From Candidatus Udaeobacter sp. (GTDB lineage: Bacteria; Verrucomicrobiota; Verrucomicrobiia; Chthoniobacterales; UBA10450): 64,000 nucleotides of DNA. A program made the translations under genes and the position numbers. A model generated the notes under the pieces. The model did not search any database and had not been told where the DNA came from. It worked only from the letters and a program-made list of their open reading frames with translations. Below are positions 20,617-29,900 of this stretch, piece by piece. Position 1 is the first letter of the stretch; each line of letters starts with the position of its first letter. Location of the stretch: NCBI GenBank assembly GCA_036488345.1, contig DASXHS010000079.1, positions 1,092 through 65,091 on the forward strand. Reading direction: 5' to 3'.

Positions 20617-22494
20617 TTAGACTAGCTCCTCAACAGCGAAGGCTGACTCAATGGCAGGTTCATCATGAATACGATTGAATTGGTGATCGTATAACCGGCG
20701 ATAGTAGCCGGATTTTTCGAGAAGCTCGGCGTGCGTGCCGATCTCCTTGATGTGCCCCCCGTCCATTACGATGATTTGGTCCGCGGACAAGACGGTGGAT
20801 AAGCGATGAGCAATGGCGATTACCGTGCGGCCAGTCGCAAGTTCCGCGAGGGCTTTTTGAATTTGCTGTTCCGATTCGGAATCGAGCGATGAAGTAGCTT
20901 CGTCGAGTAACAGAATTGGCGCGTTCTTGAGAACAGCGCGTGCGATGGCAAGGCGCTGTTGCTGGCCACCGGAAAGAAGGCAGCCCTTGTCGCCAATTAC
21001 TGTTTCGTAACCCTTTGGCTGGGCGACAATAAAATCATGCGCATAAGCCGCTCGCGCTGCTTCGTGCACTTCTTCCGGCGTCGCATCGAGCCGGCCGAAC
21101 TTGATGTTGCTGAAGATTGTGTCGTGAAACAGAAATGTCTCCTGCGTAACGAGCCCCATCTGTTCGCGCAATGATTTCTGCGTCACGGAACGAAGATCGC
21201 GACCATCGATTTTTACAGCCCCGGAAGTCGGATCGTATAAACGCAGGATCAGCGAAAGAATCGTGCTTTTTCCTGCGCCGCTCGCGCCGACCAAAGCAAA
21301 GGTTTTACCGGGCTCGATACGCAATGTGAGATTGCTAACAGCATCCGTGACTGTGTTCGCGTAACGGAACGTCACATTTTCAAAGTCGATCTGGCCAGTT
21401 GCGGAGGTCAGCTTGGTGGCCTCTGGCGAATCTCGTACAGTCGGCTCAGTATCGAGGAGAGCGAAAATCGCTGTTGTCGCACTGATTGACTGCTGCATCA
21501 CAATTTGGAGCTTACTAAGCGTTTTGATCGGGTCGTAGAGAAGAAAAATTCCTGAGATCAGTCCAAAAAATCGCCCCGCGCTCAGGTTTGCAGCGTAAAC
21601 ATAGAGCAACGCCAGGCCTATCCCGATCGCAGCTATGGTTTCGACCAGTGGGCCAGTAGCCTCCATCGACCGGATAATGCGCATCATCTGCGAAAATTGC
21701 AGTTGATTGCTGCGCTTGAACTCCTTTTCCTGGTGGGCTTCGCGCGCGAATGACTTGATCACCCGAATGCCGGCGAATGTCTCCTGCATCGTCACTACCA
21801 TTTCGCCCATGCCTTCAAACTGACCCCGGAGCGCTTTGCGCGCGCGACGCCCATAGATGCGAAGGGGCAGCAAACAGGTTGGAAAAAGAACCAGCGTAAT
21901 AAGCGTAAACTTCCAATCCATCAGAAATAGAACGCTGATTGCCCCAATGATCAGCACTGGTTGCTTAAAAATATCGCTGCTGACGGCAGTCAAAGCCATT
22001 TGGACCACCCGGGTCTCGTTGGTGATTCGGGAAATTAAGAGTCCTGAACGCATCTTGTTAAAGAAATCCATCGACGAGCGCACCATCTTGTTGAAAAGCT
22101 GACCGCGAATATCGGTCACCACTTTGTTGCTCACCCATTGCATGCAGTAGGTATTTCCGTACGAGCAAAGGCTGCGCACGGTCATGATCGCTGGAATGGC
22201 GAGGCAGATCAGAAGAATCGAATTGATCTTTGGCCCTGTATCCAAGGCTCCTAAATTGGAGCGCAGATCGGTTGGATTAGGAGCAGCGCCATGGAAAATC
22301 GTGCCTGTCACCCGGGAAATGGCCAGCGGCAAAAGCGAACTGACTCCGCCGTACGCAAAGCCCAAAAGCAAACCCACGATAAAACGGGTCTTATACGGCT
22401 TAATGTAACCGAGGAGCCGCCGGTACGGACCGGAGGCTGCACGTAACGTTTGCCAGAATGACAGTTTCTTCTTAGCCGCTTTTGCGTCGCTCAT
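20617..22494 (-). CDS. msbA: ABC transporter, fused permease/ATPase, MsbA-like lipid A/lipid flippase
   Basis: 625 aa with a 6-TM N-terminal domain, Walker A GASGAGKST, signature LSGGQQQRLAIARA and Walker B ILLLDEATSSLD. It lies next to GT9 and GT4 genes. Confidence 0.85.
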   Translation of the reverse strand: MSDAKAAKKKLSFWQTLRAASGPYRRLLGYIKPYKTRFIVGLLLGFAYGGVSSLLPLAISRVTGTIFHGAAPNPTDLRSNLGALDTGPKINSILLICLAIPAIMTVRSLCSYGNTYCMQWVSNKVVTDIRGQLFNKMVRSSMDFFNKMRSGLLISRITNETRVVQMALTAVSSDIFKQPVLIIGAISVLFLMDWKFTLITLVLFPTCLLPLRIYGRRARKALRGQFEGMGEMVVTMQETFAGIRVIKSFAREAHQEKEFKRSNQLQFSQMMRIIRSMEATGPLVETIAAIGIGLALLYVYAANLSAGRFFGLISGIFLLYDPIKTLSKLQIVMQQSISATTAIFALLDTEPTVRDSPEATKLTSATGQIDFENVTFRYANTVTDAVSNLTLRIEPGKTFALVGASGAGKSTILSLILRLYDPTSGAVKIDGRDLRSVTQKSLREQMGLVTQETFLFHDTIFSNIKFGRLDATPEEVHEAARAAYAHDFIVAQPKGYETVIGDKGCLLSGGQQQRLAIARAVLKNAPILLLDEATSSLDSESEQQIQKALAELATGRTVIAIAHRLSTVLSADQIIVMDGGHIKEIGTHAELLEKSGYYRRLYDHQFNRIHDEPAIESAFAVEELV

Positions 22495-23513
22495 GACGTT
22501 CGGGCCGCCGCATGCTGCGACAGCAGCGAATCCATAGCACCGATCACAGCTTTCGTCGAGATTTCGCTCATCGGGAAACGCGGACGAACCGACGCAAACT
22601 CGGTCACAGGCGCGCCAGATTTTCCGTGTAAAATCAGTGCCGGACTATCCGTTGGCCGCCAATGAAACGGATTCGTCGGGCCGAACAGGATCACCTGGGG
22701 CGTATGTGACGCAGCCGCGAAGTGCACAGGTGCCGAATCGACTGTCACAAGCAGCTGCGCCTGAGCAACTAACGCTGCCACCGTAAGCAAATCTGTCTTT
22801 CCAGAAAGGTCGATGAATTTTTGCCGCGTGCGGTGTGTAATTGCTGCGATATGCGTTTGCTCATGTGCGGCTGGTCCACTCGTCAAAACGAAATCGAATT
22901 CGTTGTCTTCGCGGAAGTGATCAATGATCTCTGCCCATCGCGCAGCGTCCCATAGTTTTTCCGGGCGAGCCGAGCCGGGATGCAAAATCACGTAAGGTCG
23001 CGCGATTTTCCAATCATGGCGAAGCCTCTCCGCTTTTTCGCGCGCTGTTCGCGGAAGTTCGAGCTGCGGAGCGGATGAAGCAGCACGGACGCCGAGCGGC
23101 TCAAGCAAAGCCAGATTGTAGTCGATCGTGTGCAAATCCCGCACACGGACTCCAATAAGATCCGTGTAGACCCTGGCGCGTGTCTTGGATTGCTCGCGGA
23201 CCCGGTACGAGGCAACCCGTCTCCGCGCAGCTGATAGTAGAGTCAAAAAAGCCGACCGATCGTTTCGGGTAAAGTCGATGCAATAATCAAATCTTTTGCC
23301 GGCGACAGAAGAAACCATCGCGACGTCCCGCAGATTGCGTCGCGCGATTAGAACGCGATCGACGTTCGAGATGGCAGGAAGCAGTTCAGCGCATTCGTTC
23401 GAAACTGCGAGGGTGATGTGCGCATCCGGATAATTGCTACGCAAGGCGGCGATCGCAGGCGTGGTCAAAATCAGATCGCCGATTCGCTTGAGTTGCAGGA
23501 GAAGAATTTTCAT
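22491..23513 (-). CDS. Glycosyltransferase family 9 (LPS heptosyltransferase-like)
   Basis: The N-terminus MKILLLQLKRIGDLILTTPAIAALR is typical of GT9. There is a 4-nt overlap with the msbA start. Confidence 0.8.
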   Translation of the reverse strand: MKILLLQLKRIGDLILTTPAIAALRSNYPDAHITLAVSNECAELLPAISNVDRVLIARRNLRDVAMVSSVAGKRFDYCIDFTRNDRSAFLTLLSAARRRVASYRVREQSKTRARVYTDLIGVRVRDLHTIDYNLALLEPLGVRAASSAPQLELPRTAREKAERLRHDWKIARPYVILHPGSARPEKLWDAARWAEIIDHFREDNEFDFVLTSGPAAHEQTHIAAITHRTRQKFIDLSGKTDLLTVAALVAQAQLLVTVDSAPVHFAAASHTPQVILFGPTNPFHWRPTDSPALILHGKSGAPVTEFASVRPRFPMSEISTKAVIGAMDSLLSQHAAARTS

Positions 23514-23525
23514 CCGCCTTTTTTA

Positions 23526-23582
23526 CTGTAGCGGCGCTCTAAGAGCGCCGAAACGCTCTGCGGTCACAGACCGCCGCTACAG
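23526..23582. repeat. GC-rich imperfect palindrome (ctgtag...ctacag class)
   Basis: In ctgtagcggcgctctaagagcgccgaaacgctctgcggtcacagaccgccgctacag, the terminal arms tgtagcggcg/cgccgctaca are perfectly complementary. Confidence 0.7.
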
Positions 23583-23589
23583 AGTGAAA

Positions 23590-24810
23590 TCATCGCGCCA
23601 TGCGCATCGCGGTTTCGTATGCATCCAGCAATCGCGTTCGAAAATGGTCCCAGGTAAAATTTTCCACGACGCGACGTCTGGCAGCAGTGCTCATTTCCTT
23701 CACGACTTCCCGATGCTGATACAAATGCTCCAGCGCCGCAGCAACAGCGTTAACATCGCCGGGCTTTACGATGATTCCCTCAATTCCATTGCGCACCACA
23801 TCACCTGCCTCATGCGTGGTGATCTGCGGCAATCCGCACGCTGCCGCTTCGTACGTGACTTTCGCGCTACCTTCCCATTGCGAGGGGAAAACGTGGACTG
23901 TTCCCTGGTTGAGATAATTCTCCGGATCGCGAACGAACCCGACAACGCGAATATTATCGCGCCAGAACTCCTTTAGAAATGGCTTCGCTTCGTCATGCAC
24001 AAACCCGACTAGCCACAGTTCGGCATTTGACAGATTGAGGCGGTGCCACGCTTCGAGCACGTGTTGAATTCCCTTTCGTTTGATCAATGCACCGGCAAAC
24101 ACGACGCGAAATGTTGCCGGGACCGTCCCCGGCTTGAAGCGCTCTACATCCACTCCGCGCGGGAGATAAAACAGCTTTTCCTCTGGAAAACCTCGAACCC
24201 GAAATGTGTGGGCTGCTTTGTCTGACAGAACCAGCAACAGATCAGCGAGCTCATATTCCCTCACAAACCGCTTCCGTTGGAGCAACAGACGGTTTTTCCA
24301 CCTTTCAAACGTCGAAACATCGCCTGTCGTCGCTTGCTTGTCGGGGTGGATTTTCTGCTTGCCACCGTCGCGATGCCAGGTCGGGATCTCGACAATGGAC
24401 GGGATGCCGAGTCGTTTCGCTACTTGCAGCGAGCGCAAGCAATCACCCGACCAGCTATGAAACAGATCGTAACGCTTGGTCGCTAATTGGCGTGAGGCGA
24501 TCCAGTCGAGATATTTCTTCTTGGCTCCATAATAATAAGGCCGGTCAAGAAAGGAAATCAGTCGCACCGGATGCCACCGTAGCGAGTGGATGAATGAAGC
24601 AGGGATCTCCCTTTGCCGGTTGTCATAGGCGACTGCTTTCCCCAGAAATCCTCCGCGATATGACGCACGCAGTGTTTCAAAAGCGTCCGTATCGAGACCG
24701 GAACCGCCAATCCGGGCGAAGATCGAGTACAACAAACGCCGTGGTAAAGTACGCGCCGCAGGCCCCGGACAGATCATTGGCGCAGGAGGATTTAGGGTTT
24801 CACCCAGCAT
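23590..24810 (-). CDS. Glycosyltransferase family 4
   Basis: 406-aa ORF with the C-terminal motif FPSQWEGSAKVTYEAAACGLPQITT. The exact start is uncertain; an alternative Met lies at 24777. Confidence 0.8.
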   Translation of the reverse strand: MLGETLNPPAPMICPGPAARTLPRRLLYSIFARIGGSGLDTDAFETLRASYRGGFLGKAVAYDNRQREIPASFIHSLRWHPVRLISFLDRPYYYGAKKKYLDWIASRQLATKRYDLFHSWSGDCLRSLQVAKRLGIPSIVEIPTWHRDGGKQKIHPDKQATTGDVSTFERWKNRLLLQRKRFVREYELADLLLVLSDKAAHTFRVRGFPEEKLFYLPRGVDVERFKPGTVPATFRVVFAGALIKRKGIQHVLEAWHRLNLSNAELWLVGFVHDEAKPFLKEFWRDNIRVVGFVRDPENYLNQGTVHVFPSQWEGSAKVTYEAAACGLPQITTHEAGDVVRNGIEGIIVKPGDVNAVAAALEHLYQHREVVKEMSTAARRRVVENFTWDHFRTRLLDAYETAMRMAR

Positions 24811-24849
24811 CGGCTTACAAGTATTCTGGCGAACGTGGAGCGTGTAAAG

Positions 24850-24945
24850 TTGTCATTCCGAGCGAAGCGAAGCAGAATCGAGGAATCCCGTGGAAATGAC
24901 TTAAGTGTGCGCGACGGGATCCCTCGACTTCGCTCGGGATGACAA
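24850..24945. repeat. Family-A MITE-like inverted-repeat element
   Basis: The left arm ttgtcattccgagcgaagcgaagcagaatcgaggaatcccgt faces the right arm acgggatccctcgacttcgctcgggatgacaa. The right arm contains the ATG (24939) of the downstream GT4 gene. Confidence 0.8.
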
Positions 24946-26060
24946 GAAAACTCAGAATCGCTTTCGTTCGCCGTGGTTATTCGCGCAGCGGTGGCGCTGA
25001 GGCGTACTTGAAACGGCTTGCAGATAGGATCGTAAAAGTCGACCACGAGGTCCAGCTTGTAACCACGAATGAATGGCCTGAGGGCGAATGGCCATTTGGA
25101 TCGATAACACGCCTGGGCAACGCGACTGTCACCGGTTTTGCTGACGAGCTTGAGCAAGCCAGACCGCAGCTGCAGTGCGATGTTTTGTTTAGTCTCGAGC
25201 GCGTCTGGAGTTGCGACGTGTACCGGGCTGGGGACGGTGTTCACCGCGCGTGGCTTGCGCGCAGGAGAAAATTCGAGGTCCCATTGAAGCAATTTATCCG
25301 CAGCGCCAGCCGGAAGCATCGCGATTTATTACAACTGGAGGAATCGCTTTTTGAGAAGCGGAAGGCTGGGCGGGTGATCGCGGCTTCGCAAATGGTCGTG
25401 GACGAGATCACCGATCTTTACCGTTATCCGGCAGACAAGATCGACGTCGTGCGCAATGGCGTCCCACTAGACAAATTCAGGTTCGATCCCGGGCTCCGCG
25501 AAAAATCTCGCGCACAGTTGAAACTCAAGCAGGATCAAATTGCGCTGTTGTTCGCCGGTTCTGGCTGGGAACGCAAAGGCTTGCTGTTTGCAATCGAAGC
25601 GATGGCGCTCTGTAAAAATCGAAAAATACAGCTAGTGGTCGCCGGCCGGGGAAACGCCAAGCCATATAGAACGATGCGCCCGCGTTTTTGGCGCGAGGAT
25701 CCCGTGCAATTTCTCGGCGAAGTTGCAGACCTGATGCCGTTCTACACGGCAGCGGACATCTTCATTTTGCCCACGATTTACGACCCCTTCTCGAATGCCT
25801 GCCTCGAAGCACTGGCCAGCGGGTTACCAGTAATCACAACGCGTTCCAACGGGTTCAGCGAAATCATCGAAGACGGCGTGCACGGATCAGTTGTCGACAA
25901 TCCGGCCAATCTGGTCGGCTTGCGTGGTGCTATTCAATTTTGGTCGGATCAATCCCGTCGCGACGCAGCCCGTTCGGCTAACATCGAACGCGCATCGCAA
26001 TTCGATATTTCGAAGAACGTCGCGCAAACGCTTGAAATTTTGACGCGCGTCGCCCTGTAG
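24939..26060 (+). CDS. Glycosyltransferase family 4 (RfaG/WaaG-like)
   Basis: The N-terminus is MTRKLRIAFVRRGYSRSGGAEAY and the C-terminal motif is LPTIYDPFSNACLEALASGLPVITT. Confidence 0.85.
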   Translation: MTRKLRIAFVRRGYSRSGGAEAYLKRLADRIVKVDHEVQLVTTNEWPEGEWPFGSITRLGNATVTGFADELEQARPQLQCDVLFSLERVWSCDVYRAGDGVHRAWLARRRKFEVPLKQFIRSASRKHRDLLQLEESLFEKRKAGRVIAASQMVVDEITDLYRYPADKIDVVRNGVPLDKFRFDPGLREKSRAQLKLKQDQIALLFAGSGWERKGLLFAIEAMALCKNRKIQLVVAGRGNAKPYRTMRPRFWREDPVQFLGEVADLMPFYTAADIFILPTIYDPFSNACLEALASGLPVITTRSNGFSEIIEDGVHGSVVDNPANLVGLRGAIQFWSDQSRRDAARSANIERASQFDISKNVAQTLEILTRVAL

Positions 26061-26112
26061 CGCGTCTGTGTCAGACGCCAACCCATCGGCGTTTCACAGA
26101 AACGTCCTACAA
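26055..26112. repeat. GC-rich imperfect palindrome (ctgtag...ctaca class)
   Basis: The two halves of ctgtagcgcgtctgtgtcagacgcc...ggcgtttcacagaaacgtcctacaa are imperfect reverse complements. The element includes the TAG stop of the GT4 gene. Confidence 0.55.
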
Positions 26113-26176
26113 TTCAGATTTTGCGGTCGCAGTGTGAGTGTCTGCTGTCCTCAACGAATTTGCGTTGCCGGTCTGA

Positions 26177-26536
26177 CTAGCCAGCCAGCGCGGCATCCGC
26201 ATCCGGGAAAATCTGAAAGACCTGATCGAGCCGCGAGATTTCAAAGATCGAGCGCACAGTTTCCTGTAATCCGGCCAGCATGAATTTGCCTCCGTCTCCT
26301 TCCACCTTTTGCATCGCTTGAATCAAGGCCGCGAGCCCCGCGCTGTCGATGTAGCTCACTTCGGAAAGATCGACCACCAACCGCTCGGGTTTCTTGTCGA
26401 TCACCTCGTTAAGCGTTGCCGTGACCGTCGGGGATACGTGCAAATCGATTTCCCCTTTGAGCGGCACAACGTTGGAACGGCTCTGACGTGGCTTGATATC
26501 TGATGAGGCTGGGTCGTTTTTCATTTCACCGTGCAA
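26177..26536 (-). CDS. STAS-domain anti-sigma-factor antagonist (SpoIIAA-like)
   Basis: LVVDLSEVSYIDSAGLAALIQAM carries the conserved phospho-Ser context DSAGL. Confidence 0.75.
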   Translation of the reverse strand: MHGEMKNDPASSDIKPRQSRSNVVPLKGEIDLHVSPTVTATLNEVIDKKPERLVVDLSEVSYIDSAGLAALIQAMQKVEGDGGKFMLAGLQETVRSIFEISRLDQVFQIFPDADAALAG

Positions 26537-26548
26537 TACGTTAACGGA

Positions 26549-27241
26549 TCACCATCCGAGTGTGTCTATAATTGTTTCCACATTGGAGAGATCATCAATC
26601 AAAAAATCCGGCTGATGCTTTGCAAGCTCGTCCCGGCCCCATCTGCCGGTTGCGACGGCGACCGTGCGCGCGCCAAGGGCTTTGCCGCACGCGATGTCGC
26701 GCGGGGTGTCGCCAATGACATCGATCTCGGACGCGGCGAACTCCCGTCCGTGTTTCTCCTTCGCGCGGGCGCGAGCAAATCGGCCGAGCTCGTTTCTGTC
26801 GCGGTGATCATCGGCAAATGCGCCGAATTCGAAGAAATGCGAGACGCCGTAGTGCTCAAGTTTTAGCCGCGCGCCGCGGGACACATTCCCCGTGAGAAGC
26901 GCCAGCACGACGTGTGGCCGCGATTTCAGTCGTTCGAGTAACTCCAGGACTCCGGGAAGCAGTTTGCCTTTTCGGCGCGGCAACTCCACCGAAAGAAAAT
27001 GGACGTAGCTGTCCAGGAACCCGCTCACGTTTTCGTTAGTCGCGGGAATTTTATGCTTGTTAAGGATGCTGAAGACAATTCCCGAGTCGGTCATGCCTGC
27101 AATCTCAATGTCATGAAAATCGTCGTCGATTCCGAACCGCTCTTTAAACGCAAGTATCAGCGCGTGGACGCCAGCGCCACCCGAGTGGATCAACGTGCCG
27201 TCGATGTCGAAGAGAAGAAGTCGCTGTGGCGTGCCTGTCAT
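26549..27241 (-). CDS. HAD-superfamily hydrolase (phosphoglycolate-phosphatase-like)
   Basis: Motif I is LLFDIDGTLIHSG. Downstream there is a GDTPRDI motif, and LIDD lies near the C-terminus. Confidence 0.8.
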   Translation of the reverse strand: MTGTPQRLLLFDIDGTLIHSGGAGVHALILAFKERFGIDDDFHDIEIAGMTDSGIVFSILNKHKIPATNENVSGFLDSYVHFLSVELPRRKGKLLPGVLELLERLKSRPHVVLALLTGNVSRGARLKLEHYGVSHFFEFGAFADDHRDRNELGRFARARAKEKHGREFAASEIDVIGDTPRDIACGKALGARTVAVATGRWGRDELAKHQPDFLIDDLSNVETIIDTLGW

Positions 27242-27247
27242 GTTGCA

Positions 27248-27369
27248 AGAATGACGAAATCTGAATGACGAATGACGAAAGAATGATGAAAATCAAATGA
27301 ACCAAAAGCGTTTACCGAATGGCGGATCGTTTTTCGTGGTTCGTCATTCGACATTCGCGCTTCCTCATT
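27248..27369. repeat. Family-B composite AT-rich inverted/tandem repeat (aatgacg units versus cgtcattc units)
   Basis: Left: agaatgacgaaatctgaatgacgaatgacgaaagaatgatgaaaatc. Right: ttcgtggttcgtcattcgacattcgcgcttcctcatt. Confidence 0.7.
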
Positions 27370-27413
27370 AACCTTTGACATCTCAGTTCGCCGCGTTCCT
27401 GTCGTGCAACAGG

Positions 27414-27908
27414 TCAAAGGCTTGGCGCGTGCATCATCAGCACCGCAACGAGACTTCCTAGAAAGACAAACAGCACAATTCCCAGGCCGATAAGAATTCC
27501 AGTACGCACTGGGTCGTTCAGCTGTTCCTGGCGGCGAAGGGGAGATGCGCTGCTCAAATGGAGCAATTCTGCGCCAGCTTCCGTGAAATGAGCCTTGATC
27601 TCCTCCGGCTTCGGTAACGGTTTTGAACCGCCGACTTCCGACGACTCGTATTTCGCCTCGGCTGCGCCAAAACGAATTCGATCATCAAAACGCAGCACGG
27701 CCTCCGTTACAGGCTTGCCGTTGACACGCGTGCCATTGGTCGAGTCAAGATCCTTCAATCGATACGTATCGCCTTCCAGGAGCAACTGCGCGTGATGCGT
27801 CGAGATAGACGGATCGTTGACGACGATGGTGTTATCCGGACCGCGCCCGATCGTGATCGCCTCATCGACCAACTCGTGTGTAACGCCTGAAATAATCAGC
27901 TTTGGCAT
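27414..27908 (-). CDS. FHA-domain protein with a C-terminal transmembrane anchor
   Basis: The ATG at 27908 gives MPKLIISGVTHELVDEAITIGRGPDNTIVVNDPSISTHHAQL...STNGTRVNG, an FHA domain. The C-terminal sequence ILIGLGIVLFVFLGSLVAVLMM is a TM helix. The longer track ORF would overlap lepA. Confidence 0.75.
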   Translation of the reverse strand: MPKLIISGVTHELVDEAITIGRGPDNTIVVNDPSISTHHAQLLLEGDTYRLKDLDSTNGTRVNGKPVTEAVLRFDDRIRFGAAEAKYESSEVGGSKPLPKPEEIKAHFTEAGAELLHLSSASPLRRQEQLNDPVRTGILIGLGIVLFVFLGSLVAVLMMHAPSL

Positions 27909-27999
27909 GCCACAGACCTTAACTAAATAAGGGAAAGGGGACAAATAGCGTCGGCATGGCGATTGACCACGCACAACCAGACTCGATAGTGGCGCTTCC

Positions 28000-29796
28000 A
28001 TGGCCATTGAGCTGACGCGCAATTTTTGCATCATCGCGCACATCGATCACGGCAAGACAACTTTGTCGGATCGGTTGCTGGAGCGCACAGGCACGATCCA
28101 GGATCGCGAGAGGCAGGACCAGCTTCTTGACTCGATGGACCTTGAAAGAGAGCGGGGGATCACAATCAAAGCGCATCCGGTGGCGATGCGTTACACAAGC
28201 AAATCGGGTGAGAACTATCGGCTGAATTTGCTCGATACGCCGGGGCACGTCGATTTTTCCTACGAAGTTTCGCGCAGCCTCGCTGCGTGCGAAGGCGCGC
28301 TACTGGTGATCGATGCGGCGCAGGGCGTGGAAGCCCAAACGGTCGCGAATGTTCATCTCGCGCATAAACAAGGGCTCACGATTGTTCCGATCATCAACAA
28401 GATTGATCTGCCGAATGCCGACGTCCCCTCTGTCCTACGGCAGGTAGAAGAGATCCTGGCAATCCCTGCCGAGGAAGCGATCCAGGCAAGCGCAAAGATG
28501 GGCATGGGGATTGAGGAAATTCTGGAAGCGATCGTGAAGCGCATTCCCGCGCCGCAATCGCCGCCAGACGAAACACTGCGCGCGCTGGTGTTCGATTCCG
28601 TTTTTGACGTTTATCGCGGCGTGATCGGCTATGTGCGCGTGGTCTCTGGAACAGTGGAGGCGGGCCACGGGATCATGTTGATGAGCAATGATGCCCGACA
28701 TGAGATCAAGGAAGTGGGCGTCTTTACCCCGAAGATGCGCGTCCAGGAACGACTGAATCCCGGTGACGTCGGTTATTTCATTGCGAATATCAAATCAACC
28801 GCCGACATCAAGATCGGCGACACGATTACCGATCAGCGCCATTCCGCGCGAGAGCCGCTGCCCGGTTTCCAGGAAATTCATCCGATGGTTTTCAGCGGGA
28901 TCTATCCGATTAACACCGGCGATTTCGAACATTTAAAGACCGCGATTGGCAAGCTGCGGCTGAACGATTCAGCCTTCGTTTATCAACCGGAAAGCTCGGT
29001 TGCGCTGGGTTTCGGATTTCGCTGCGGGTTCCTTGGGTTGCTTCATATGGAGATCATTCAGGAGCGGCTTCGACGCGAGTACAACATGGATATCATAGCG
29101 ACCAGCCCCAGCGTGATCTATGAGATCTTAACGACACGCGACGAGAAAATCCTGATCGATAACCCGGCGCATCTTCCCGACCCGAGCCTGATCGCAGAAA
29201 TCCGGGAGCCAATTGTAAGCGCGTACGTGCTTTGCCCGAATGAAAACATCGGTGACATCCTGCAATTGATTCTGGAGAAGCGCGGCCAGATGGAACGCAC
29301 CGAATCGCTGGATACGCGTCGCGTAATGTTGCATTGCGAATTGCCGCTCAACGAAATTCTTGTCGATTTCAACGACAAGATTAAGAGCATCACGCGTGGT
29401 TACGGTTCGATGGATTACGAGCACGCCGGTTACAGGGCTGCGAAGCTGGTGAAGCTGGACCTGCTTGTTAACGGCGAACCCGTTGATGCGTTCTCTACCA
29501 TAGTGCATAAGGATCGAGCCGAGGCGCGTGGACGCCAGTTGGCGGCCAAATTGAAGGAAGTGATCCCGCGTCAGCTTTATGCGGTGGCAATTCAGGCTGC
29601 GATAGGCGGGAAAATTATTGCACGCGAGAGTGTTTCCGCTTTACGAAAAAATGTCACCGCGAAATGCTACGGTGGCGATATCACCCGCAAACGAAAATTA
29701 CTGGAGAAACAAAAAGAAGGAAAAAAACGGATGAAAAGCATCGGAAAAATCAACATCCCGCAGGAGGCGTTCATCGAGGTTTTGAAAGCGCAATGA
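28000..29796 (+). CDS. lepA: Translation elongation factor 4 (LepA)
   Basis: The sequence shows IRNFCIIAHIDHGKTTLSDRLL, DTPGHVDF and NKIDL, and the C-terminal YGGDITRKRKLLEKQKEGKKRMK is typical of LepA. Confidence 0.95.
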   Translation: MAIELTRNFCIIAHIDHGKTTLSDRLLERTGTIQDRERQDQLLDSMDLERERGITIKAHPVAMRYTSKSGENYRLNLLDTPGHVDFSYEVSRSLAACEGALLVIDAAQGVEAQTVANVHLAHKQGLTIVPIINKIDLPNADVPSVLRQVEEILAIPAEEAIQASAKMGMGIEEILEAIVKRIPAPQSPPDETLRALVFDSVFDVYRGVIGYVRVVSGTVEAGHGIMLMSNDARHEIKEVGVFTPKMRVQERLNPGDVGYFIANIKSTADIKIGDTITDQRHSAREPLPGFQEIHPMVFSGIYPINTGDFEHLKTAIGKLRLNDSAFVYQPESSVALGFGFRCGFLGLLHMEIIQERLRREYNMDIIATSPSVIYEILTTRDEKILIDNPAHLPDPSLIAEIREPIVSAYVLCPNENIGDILQLILEKRGQMERTESLDTRRVMLHCELPLNEILVDFNDKIKSITRGYGSMDYEHAGYRAAKLVKLDLLVNGEPVDAFSTIVHKDRAEARGRQLAAKLKEVIPRQLYAVAIQAAIGGKIIARESVSALRKNVTAKCYGGDITRKRKLLEKQKEGKKRMKSIGKINIPQEAFIEVLKAQ

Positions 29797-29810
29797 GTCT
29801 GGAAATCAGA

Positions 29811-29846
29811 GATTCTTCCCGCTTCGCCTCGCTCGGAATGACAAGG
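29811..29846. repeat. Solo arm of the family-A element
   Basis: gattcttcccgcttcgcctcgctcggaatgacaagg matches right arms of the other family-A copies. No left arm is present. Confidence 0.55.
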
Positions 29847-29900
29847 CGGCTGGAGGAAGTGTTTGTCGGGATCTCAAAGCGCAGTGACGCGCTTTGAAAT

